From positions 1 to 63,331 of the IMG/VR virus record IMGVR_UViG_3300028585_000024: a DNA stretch of 63,331 nt. One strand, written 5' to 3'. The notes below the pieces were generated by a model that worked only from the letters and a program-made list of their open reading frames with translations, searched no databases and had not been told where the DNA came from. The translations under genes were made by a program, and so were the position numbers. This DNA is from a virus. Its lineage: Duplodnaviria; Caudoviricetes. Below, one piece after another: positions 18,140-25,102 of this stretch (positions are counted from its first letter, which is position 1; the number at the start of each line of letters is the position of its first letter).

Positions 18140-18326
18140 CCCGGACATTCTGATGCCGCACGACCGGCACGGCCGTCCACCTGTAGCGTGGCTGATCGAA
18201 TCGCCGACCACCGGCAAGGTCTTCATGACCGAGAAGGCCGAGGTGGCAGAGAAGCGTTACCTGGCCGACGATCACGTCACCCCGTACCACTCGAAGAACG
18301 ACCCAGCCGAAGAGGACGAACTGTAA
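18117..18326 (+). CDS. hypothetical protein (ends EEDEL)
   Basis: GGAGA RBS; TAATG coupling to rdgC. Confidence 0.7.
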   Translation: MNKKRNADPDILMPHDRHGRPPVAWLIESPTTGKVFMTEKAEVAEKRYLADDHVTPYHSKNDPAEEDEL

Positions 18327-19315
18327 TGGCAAAGGCAATCAAAAACATCAAGGCGTTCATCCCGCTCACCGTGAACGATGCGCTGTTCAAGTGGTGCAAG
18401 CGCGCCGTGAAGGACAGCAACGCGGCACGCGAGGCGGTCGCCAACTTCATCGCCCGCGATCCGGGCAACAGCGAATGGCAGCACCTCGGGATCACCGAAG
18501 TCATGCCTGGCGAAGATGCTGTCGTCCACGATCTCGACGGCGCCGGCTTCCTCTTCATGTACCGCCACGCCGAGCGCAAGCTGCCGGCATCGGTGCGCGA
18601 CGAGGAACTGAAGAAACGCTATGACGCCCTGGTCGAGAAGGAAGGTCGCCCGCTGAACAAGCGTGAGTTCGCCCAACTGCGCGAGGACGTGGAAGTTGCG
18701 CTGCTGCCGAAAGCCTTCATCGTGCCGAAGACGATCCCGGTGATCGTGACGAAGAATCGCCTGTTCCTCTGCACCTCCAGCGCGTCGATGGCCGAGAAGA
18801 TCTTGACCCACCTGATGCGCCTGTGCGAGACCCGCAAGGTAGCGCTGGACTGGTCGGACATGCTGACCGCCGTGTCGCCGTCGACCATGCTCACGCAGAT
18901 CGTTCGCGATGGCATTATCGACGGCAATGCCGACAGCAGCGTGCATCTGCATCCGAGCCGTGCAGCCGTGTTCAAGGGTTCCGACAAGCGCGCCGTGCGT
19001 GTAAAGGATCGCGATCTGGCGCACGAGGAATTCAAGAGCATCGTGAACAGTGGCGAGTACGCCGTCACCGAGCTGCTGATGACCCTGAACAATGAAGATG
19101 GCGTCACCGCGTCTACCTTCACGATGACCGATAAATTCATCTTCAAGGGCATCAAACTCGGCGACGTGATCGTGGCCGGCAGCGGCGTTGATGCGGCCGA
19201 TTTGCACGCGACTTACTGGCTTTTCGCCAAAGAGATCGAGCGCATTCTGAAGGCCACGCACTACGCCTACCTGGATGGTCAGGATGCGCCGGACGACGAA
19301 GAAGACGAACTCTAA
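18326..19315 (+). CDS. rdgC: recombination-associated protein RdgC-like
   Basis: ERKLPASV..EL...EGRPL.KRE..QLREDV...LLPKAF signature. Confidence 0.85.
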   Translation: MAKAIKNIKAFIPLTVNDALFKWCKRAVKDSNAAREAVANFIARDPGNSEWQHLGITEVMPGEDAVVHDLDGAGFLFMYRHAERKLPASVRDEELKKRYDALVEKEGRPLNKREFAQLREDVEVALLPKAFIVPKTIPVIVTKNRLFLCTSSASMAEKILTHLMRLCETRKVALDWSDMLTAVSPSTMLTQIVRDGIIDGNADSSVHLHPSRAAVFKGSDKRAVRVKDRDLAHEEFKSIVNSGEYAVTELLMTLNNEDGVTASTFTMTDKFIFKGIKLGDVIVAGSGVDAADLHATYWLFAKEIERILKATHYAYLDGQDAPDDEEDEL

Positions 19316-19334
19316 ATACCTCGGGAAAGCATTC

Positions 19335-19574
19335 ATGCCACGCGATAAGACAGCCGACCAACAGACCCGCGTTCTCGTGGAAAAGATGAAGCGCATGCTG
19401 CCAGGTCAGTCGTTCTTCGTGCCGGACGTGAAGCGCGCCGACATGGAATTTCTGCGGCGCCCGGTGGTCAAGGCCGGCGTAGGTATCCGCATCGCTCAGG
19501 TCGAGGAAGACGAGATCTACTTCCAGCCTGGCGTGCGGATCTGGCGTGAAGAGGGCGAGTACGATGAACTCTGA
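19335..19574 (+). CDS. small putative DNA-binding protein (ends EYDEL)
   Basis: M.PGQSFFVP...GVRIWR motif pair seen in small phage proteins. Confidence 0.7.
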   Translation: MPRDKTADQQTRVLVEKMKRMLPGQSFFVPDVKRADMEFLRRPVVKAGVGIRIAQVEEDEIYFQPGVRIWREEGEYDEL

Positions 19575-19755
19575 AGAGAGCGAGGTCGAGCGCTTGCGCC
19601 GGCATGAGCGGATCGCCTGGGAGCACGCCGAGGCATTCAAGGCACTGATGCACGGAATGCAGGATGAACTGGATGAAGCGCGCACTACGGTCAAACGCCA
19701 GCGAGCAATCATCGCTAAACTGGAGGGGCAGCTAGGAATAGATCAAGAACTGTAA
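19564..19755 (+). CDS. coiled-coil hypothetical protein (ends IDQEL)
   Basis: GAGGG RBS; overlaps the upstream gene end. Confidence 0.65.
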   Translation: MNSEESEVERLRRHERIAWEHAEAFKALMHGMQDELDEARTTVKRQRAIIAKLEGQLGIDQEL

Positions 19756-19761
19756 AAGCAC

Positions 19762-19782
19762 TAACAAGTAAAAACCCTGTCA
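19762..19782. promoter_or_regulatory. dyad operator copy
   Basis: TAACA-AGTAAAAACCC-TGTCA in the intergenic gap. Confidence 0.7.
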
Positions 19783-19810
19783 CATCATTTACATAAAGGA
19801 AGTACCCATC

Positions 19811-20245
19811 ATGGCAAAATCGAAAACCAAGACCGCAACCGCAGCGGCATTCCCGGCCAAGGCTTCGCCGAAAGCTGTCGCAAAGCTGGCTGACCGCGCC
19901 GACGCGCAAGTGAAGAAGCCGACCCGCGCGAAGAAAGTCGTCGCAGCGAAGCCGCCCGCCGTCGTCGCCAAAGCCGGCAAGCTTCTCGCTGCTGATCCGA
20001 AAGGCGTGCCGGGCGTGAAGGCCATTCCAGCGTTGCCGAACCCGCGTTTGCGCACCGTGAAGGACACCGGCTTGGCGTCGCACGAGGCGACCAGTGTGGC
20101 GGAACTGGCGAAGCTGCTCGCCGACTTCCCGCGCGGCTCGACCTTCCTGCTCGCCGGCTCGAACATCGACATCTACAACCTGCGCGGCAAAATGATCGCC
20201 ACGATCCGCCAGGTCGCCAAGCCGGTCAAAGGCGCGAAGAAGTAA
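19811..20245 (+). CDS. Lys/Ala/Pro-rich, histone H1-like basic protein
   Basis: AAGGA RBS; N-terminal half rich in K, A and P. Confidence 0.7.
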   Translation: MAKSKTKTATAAAFPAKASPKAVAKLADRADAQVKKPTRAKKVVAAKPPAVVAKAGKLLAADPKGVPGVKAIPALPNPRLRTVKDTGLASHEATSVAELAKLLADFPRGSTFLLAGSNIDIYNLRGKMIATIRQVAKPVKGAKK

Positions 20246-20298
20246 TCCAGTAACCCCGGCCGGCGCCAGTCGTCGGCCACCTCTCACAAGGGACTGCA

Positions 20299-20583
20299 AT
20301 GAAAAATTTCGTGACCTACCTGAAGGCGCTTATGATTGCCGCGCTGATCTGGATCGGGGTCTACGTCAGCACCATGGGCGCGCTCACGGCCGGTTTCACG
20401 TTCAGCCTGATCCTGCTCGTCGTCGGCCTGGTCCTGCTGTTCATCGGCGTGCTGATGGCCGCGTCGCTGCTCCAGCGCTCGAACGACAAGTGGCTGCGCG
20501 GCCTGCTTGTGCTCCTGCTGTCGGTCGGCACGGTGATCGCGCTGCGCGCCATGGAAGGCGTTCACTGGACCAAGGGATTCTGA
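20299..20583 (+). CDS. membrane protein (3 predicted TM segments)
   Basis: three hydrophobic helices; AAGGGA RBS. Confidence 0.75.
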   Translation: MKNFVTYLKALMIAALIWIGVYVSTMGALTAGFTFSLILLVVGLVLLFIGVLMAASLLQRSNDKWLRGLLVLLLSVGTVIALRAMEGVHWTKGF

Positions 20584-20584
20584 T

Positions 20585-20938
20585 ATGACCATGCAAGAGA
20601 AAACGGTGCGCGTGACGTTCACTCGCGACGACCTGACCCGCAATGCCAAGAACCCGGAAGGGAACGAGGTGTTGGCCTCGCGCGTCATCTACGGGCGCCT
20701 GCGCTCGATGGGCGTGCCGGTAATCGGCAACCTGGGCGTCATCGCTGTTGAGTGGGGCAAGCTGACCATCACGCACGACGACGGCCTGGACGGCGACGAG
20801 TGGACCTGGGAATACACCGGCAAGCTGCTCGACCCGCACTGGATCGGCGTCGTCACCAAGCCGGGCCGCGCGATGCGCTTGGACCAACCGCTCGCCCCGC
20901 AGATCGCGCGCAAGGCTGCGGAGGATGACGAGCTATGA
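20585..20938 (+). CDS. hypothetical protein (ends EDDEL)
   Basis: 117-aa ORF with ATGA coupling to the next gene. Confidence 0.75.
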   Translation: MTMQEKTVRVTFTRDDLTRNAKNPEGNEVLASRVIYGRLRSMGVPVIGNLGVIAVEWGKLTITHDDGLDGDEWTWEYTGKLLDPHWIGVVTKPGRAMRLDQPLAPQIARKAAEDDEL

Positions 20939-21237
20939 GCGTCTACAGCCCGTTGAACTGGAAGCCGCGCCCGGTGTGCCAACTGCCGCGCGAGACGGTG
21001 TTGTCGGCCAAGCCTGGTTCGCCAGCGCACACCGGGCGCGCGAAGGCGATGAAGATTGCCGGCATTGAGGTGATCGTGATCGGCCGGAACATGGCCGAGT
21101 TGGAGAAAGTCTTCATCCACGTCGAGTCGCACCTGCACGGCGGCGAAGCCAACATGCCCGAGCAGTTCATCGCCATGCTCTCGCCCGAGGTCGCGGTGGT
21201 CGCAAAAGAATCGCTGATCTACGACGACGAACTGTAA
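20935..21237 (+). CDS. hypothetical protein (ends YDDEL)
   Basis: GGAGG RBS; last rightward gene. Confidence 0.75.
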   Translation: MSVYSPLNWKPRPVCQLPRETVLSAKPGSPAHTGRAKAMKIAGIEVIVIGRNMAELEKVFIHVESHLHGGEANMPEQFIAMLSPEVAVVAKESLIYDDEL

Positions 21238-21238
21238 T

Positions 21239-21277
21239 AAAAAAAAAGGGCCGGTCGGGATTTCTCCTAACCGGCCC
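21239..21277 (-). terminator. terminator at the convergence of the late and rightward arms
   Basis: GGGCCGG...CCGGCCC stem with an A9 run (U tract on minus strand). Confidence 0.75.
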
Positions 21278-21352
21278 AACGTCCATTCACAAGGGTCGCA
21301 TGTCCAAATGCGGCTTGATTATATCGCGACCCCGAGATCTAGTCACCCCCTT

Positions 21353-21598
21353 TCACCAACCACACAACTTCCGGCCCAGCTTATTATGCGCTAGGATCTG
21401 CCGGGCCGCTTTATCTGAGATCACTTTCGTGTCGTTCTCGGTCACGTAGATCGGCAGCGCGTTCGTGCAAAACTCAGGTTTGCTTGCGGCGATCTGCTTT
21501 TCCACTCGGGTCTCGGTCGGTTTCACGGCGCACCCAATCACGGCCAAGTTCATCAGCAGCATCGCCGTCATCGAGACCGCGCGTTTCGAGATCAACAT
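21353..21598 (-). CDS. o-spanin (Rz1-like lipoprotein)
   Basis: AAGGA RBS; signal peptide with lipobox LAVIG-C; overlaps the i-spanin in another frame. Confidence 0.8.
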   Translation of the reverse strand: MLISKRAVSMTAMLLMNLAVIGCAVKPTETRVEKQIAASKPEFCTNALPIYVTENDTKVISDKAARQILAHNKLGRKLCGW

Positions 21599-21767
21599 CG
21601 TGTCGTCCTTTCGCTCCAGCGGCAGCGCGCACCGCTTCTTCATAATCGTATTTCCGAATGGTCGCCTTGCGAGCAGTACGACCTCCAATTGCGTAGGCAC
21701 CGAAGAGAACCAGCAGCACGGCCAATGCTGTCAACGCCCACGCTTGCAGCCGCGTGACGATAGCCAT
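21474..21767 (-). CDS. i-spanin (Rz-like)
   Basis: single N-terminal TM; directly after endolysin; overlaps the lipoprotein gene. Confidence 0.8.
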   Translation of the reverse strand: MAIVTRLQAWALTALAVLLVLFGAYAIGGRTARKATIRKYDYEEAVRAAAGAKGRHDVDLETRGLDDGDAADELGRDWVRRETDRDPSGKADRRKQT

Positions 21768-22468
21768 TACGCCACCACGCCGGCCTGATGCTTCTTCACC
21801 TGCGAGTAGGCGATGAACACGGCCAGGCCGATAGTCGCCACGCCGATCACCAGGCGCACGATGGAGCCGGATGCGAGGTGATCCTGGGACGACTCCATGG
21901 CCGCGATAACCTGCGGCGCCACGTCGGCCACCTGCGCGGCACCCAGCGTCGCCGTGGCGCTCGCGCCGATGGTTTCCTTCGTCACCGGCACGCCGGCTTC
22001 CATGGCATGCGCCTTGACCACGCCGGCACGCTGCAAGCCGGTCTTGATCGTGGCATCGTCGTACCAGGTGTTCTCGTTCGCTTTCGGGCCACGGCCGTTC
22101 TCGTGACGGATGATCGCTTCGAGGATCGGCCGCAGATGGTCGTAGTTGTGCATGTCCAGCTTCTCGGCCTGGGTGAAGCCGCTGCTGTCGGACACGAAGT
22201 CGATGTACGCCTGGGTGTTGTTCTCGACGCTCGGCGCCCAGCGATTGATGATGCCCTTGATGGTGCGGATCTTATGCTTGTCCTGGTAGTTAATCAGCAG
22301 GATCGCCAGCGCGCGGATGCCCCAAGTCGGATCTTTGAATTGCGCGAAGCGGCCATCTGTTTGTTCGACGGCGAGACCCTGCCACTTGTCGGTGCCGAGT
22401 TCGATGTTGCCGGGGTTGTGGTTGCGGATGCCGCGCGGCTGTGCGCGCTTTTGAGCGGCTGTCGTCAT
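21767..22468 (-). CDS. endolysin (RGIRNHNPGNI family) with C-terminal TM segment
   Basis: RGIRNHNPGNI, INRWAPSVENNT and IIRHENG motifs; position in lysis cassette. Confidence 0.85.
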   Translation of the reverse strand: MTTAAQKRAQPRGIRNHNPGNIELGTDKWQGLAVEQTDGRFAQFKDPTWGIRALAILLINYQDKHKIRTIKGIINRWAPSVENNTQAYIDFVSDSSGFTQAEKLDMHNYDHLRPILEAIIRHENGRGPKANENTWYDDATIKTGLQRAGVVKAHAMEAGVPVTKETIGASATATLGAAQVADVAPQVIAAMESSQDHLASGSIVRLVIGVATIGLAVFIAYSQVKKHQAGVVA

Positions 22469-22845
22469 TATTCTTTACTCCATTCCTTGAGTTGACGCTG
22501 GCTTACGGAGGGGTTGCGGAAAATGATCTGGTTGAGCATTCCTTTGATCTCGGACATTTCACTCTTCATGTCGTCGCGGAGGGTTTTGCTCGCGGCCACC
22601 TGGTCGACGCGCACGCTGTTGATGGTGCCTTCCACGCGGTCGACGCGCTGCGCCAGTGCCGTCATTGCCAATTCGGTCATGACCATGCGGCGGTCGAACT
22701 CGGCATAGACGCCGACGCCCCAGGCAGAAGTAGTGACGATGGCCGTGACCAGCATCATCATGGTCGGAAGGTTAATGGTTAGATCGAAGCGCGCGCGATG
22801 CCGGCGTTCGCCTTCCGCGCTTGGCGGATCTACTGGTTGGTTCAT
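22468..22845 (-). CDS. putative holin-like lysis protein (1 TM + coiled coil)
   Basis: GGAGA RBS at ATG 22845; first gene of the lysis cassette; TAATG coupled. Confidence 0.6.
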   Translation of the reverse strand: MNQPVDPPSAEGERRHRARFDLTINLPTMMMLVTAIVTTSAWGVGVYAEFDRRMVMTELAMTALAQRVDRVEGTINSVRVDQVAASKTLRDDMKSEMSEIKGMLNQIIFRNPSVSQRQLKEWSKE

Positions 22846-22875
22846 TAAGGGTTCTCCGTAAAGGTGAGAGGGTAG

Positions 22876-22916
22876 AAACAAATAAAGCCGGGAATCATTA
22901 TAACTCCCGGCTTTAT
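22876..22916 (-). terminator. terminator between tail and lysis genes
   Basis: 12-bp stem ATAAAGCCGGGA/TCCCGGCTTTAT followed by a U-rich tail. Confidence 0.8.
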
Positions 22917-22921
22917 CCACC

Positions 22922-25093
22922 TTACGAGATCGTCACCGTCACGACAGGGCGTGGCCCCTGGCGCAGCGGAACACCCTTCATCGTCGGGTCGCGCGTGACG
23001 TAGAACTGCAACACGGACGGCACCGAGATCTCCGACATACCGAACTGCCCGATCAGCGATGGGTCGCGCGCGGCCAGGAAGGCGCCTACACGCTGCACGG
23101 TGAGATCGGACAGGGGAATCGTAGGGTCAGGCAGTTCGCCGTCTCCTACGGCCGCAAATTCGACCACGGCCATCACCTCGATCTCGGACTGCGGAATCGC
23201 CGGATCTGGCATGGTCGAATCGACCACGACCGCCACCGTCGACAAGCCGGCCACCAGCGCGTCGGATTGCGGCAGCGCCGGGTCAGGGAAGGCATCGCCA
23301 TGCGCAACGCTCTGCGCCAGGTGCTCGACCAACAATTCCGATGCCGGGATAGTCGGGTCGATCCAGCCCTCCGCGTCACCGACCGCGACAACACCGTGAA
23401 CACCTGGCGCGATGACAGCGGAGATCGCACCTAGTTCGCCTAGGTCGTCCTGCTGCACCACGGCCTCGGCCACCAGGTTCACGAACGTCTCAGGCACCAC
23501 CGGCTCAGGATAGTCAGGCGGCGGGAACTTGTCGCCAATGACCACGCGCTGAAGTACGTTGTATGCGTACCGGCTTTCCTTGCTGATGGTCTCGGGCGGG
23601 ATCGTGACGCGGTGCTGCACGGTCATCGCGCCGAGCAGGCCGACGTGTCGACCGATGGCCGGGTCGATCACCTCCCACGGCAGCGGGAAGTCCTTACCGA
23701 AGACGAACGCCAACCTGAGACTCGGCACGCGGGTGATCGAGCGCTGATGTGTCGGCGGGTTGGTTGCCAGGACAGTCATGCGTCGCAGCGTCTTCGTTTG
23801 GATCGGCGTGCGGTAGTCGCTCGGTGGCAGCTTCGAGACCTGATGCACACTCATGCGCCGCAGCTTCGAGACGTGCCGGCCAAGCGCTTGCGATGGATGC
23901 AGCGTGTCGCGACGGATGACAGCGGCTTCGGTCATCACCGGCACGCGCGTTGTCGAGAATGCCGGCGCGGCCGGATTGCGCAGTTGCGTCACCACCTCGC
24001 GATACGATGCGACATGATCGCTGCCGATAGCGGGCGGTGCTGGATCGCGCGCAGTCACGACAACCTGGGCAAGTGAAGCCGCCCTGTCGTCGATGCCTGG
24101 TGGCGTGACCGTGCGCTGCTGGACGATGCTGTAATCCAGTCGAGCCGCGTCGATCCGCGACCTGTATTCGACCACCTCGCGAAGCTGTACAACCTGCTGC
24201 ACTTCAGTGGCGACGTGCGCCTCTGTGGTGATGACCACGTCGCTCGCATTGCGCGATTGGATGATCTGCCTGACGACCTTCGCCATCTGGATCGGCGTGC
24301 GAACCTGCGGCGCCGGGATCTTGTCGACGCGCTGCACGAACTGCGCACGGAGGACGGACGTGACCACCTCGGATACCGGCACATACGTCTTGCCGCGAGA
24401 TAGCACACACGACCACACCAAGCGTGAGTTTCGGATCTGGCTGCGCATGTCCTCTTCGCGAGCGGGCGGACGCGCCATCGAGATCTGGTACGCCAAGCGG
24501 TTGACGGACAACTGGCTGAACGGCGCTGCACGCTCCCGTTGCACGGTGACGATCTCGCGCAGCACCACCGTGTCGCGGTAACTCTGCACTGTACCTGGGT
24601 GCGGCATCGGTGGTCGCGGAACGAGAGCGTCTTGCCAGAACGCCGGCACGAGGCGTTGCAGGGTCAGCGAATCGACCATGCTGACCAGGGACTCGCGGAC
24701 CACGCTGCTGAATGAAAACGGCGGCGCCGCGATCAACGCCTCGCGCACCACGCCCGACACGCCGGCAGCGTTGAGAGGTCCGGGGATCTCGTCGCCGATC
24801 AATGTCTCGCGTACAACGGACGCCACCTCAACTGGTCGCGGAGGTTGCAGCGGATCTGAAGTAAGCGTCTCGCGAACCAAGCTGGCGACGTGCGGCGGCG
24901 TGCCGTCGAGAATGGATACAAGCGACTCTCTGACCACGCTGCCGACCGCGACCGCTGGCTGCGGTCCGAGCGGATCACCAGTAAGCGTCTCGCGAACGAC
25001 GCTTGCAGTATCCAGTAGCGGAGGACTAACTAAAGGATTGCCTGTAAGCGCCTCGCGAACTACCGACGAAGTTGTAATTTTAATGTCGGCCAT
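22922..25093 (-). CDS. repeat-rich virion/tail fibre-associated protein
   Basis: 723 aa; seven SVVRE.L repeats and PDP.IPQS repeats; last gene of the tail module. Confidence 0.7.
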   Translation of the reverse strand: MADIKITTSSVVREALTGNPLVSPPLLDTASVVRETLTGDPLGPQPAVAVGSVVRESLVSILDGTPPHVASLVRETLTSDPLQPPRPVEVASVVRETLIGDEIPGPLNAAGVSGVVREALIAAPPFSFSSVVRESLVSMVDSLTLQRLVPAFWQDALVPRPPMPHPGTVQSYRDTVVLREIVTVQRERAAPFSQLSVNRLAYQISMARPPAREEDMRSQIRNSRLVWSCVLSRGKTYVPVSEVVTSVLRAQFVQRVDKIPAPQVRTPIQMAKVVRQIIQSRNASDVVITTEAHVATEVQQVVQLREVVEYRSRIDAARLDYSIVQQRTVTPPGIDDRAASLAQVVVTARDPAPPAIGSDHVASYREVVTQLRNPAAPAFSTTRVPVMTEAAVIRRDTLHPSQALGRHVSKLRRMSVHQVSKLPPSDYRTPIQTKTLRRMTVLATNPPTHQRSITRVPSLRLAFVFGKDFPLPWEVIDPAIGRHVGLLGAMTVQHRVTIPPETISKESRYAYNVLQRVVIGDKFPPPDYPEPVVPETFVNLVAEAVVQQDDLGELGAISAVIAPGVHGVVAVGDAEGWIDPTIPASELLVEHLAQSVAHGDAFPDPALPQSDALVAGLSTVAVVVDSTMPDPAIPQSEIEVMAVVEFAAVGDGELPDPTIPLSDLTVQRVGAFLAARDPSLIGQFGMSEISVPSVLQFYVTRDPTMKGVPLRQGPRPVVTVTIS

Positions 25094-25102
25094 GTGCGTG
25101 CT

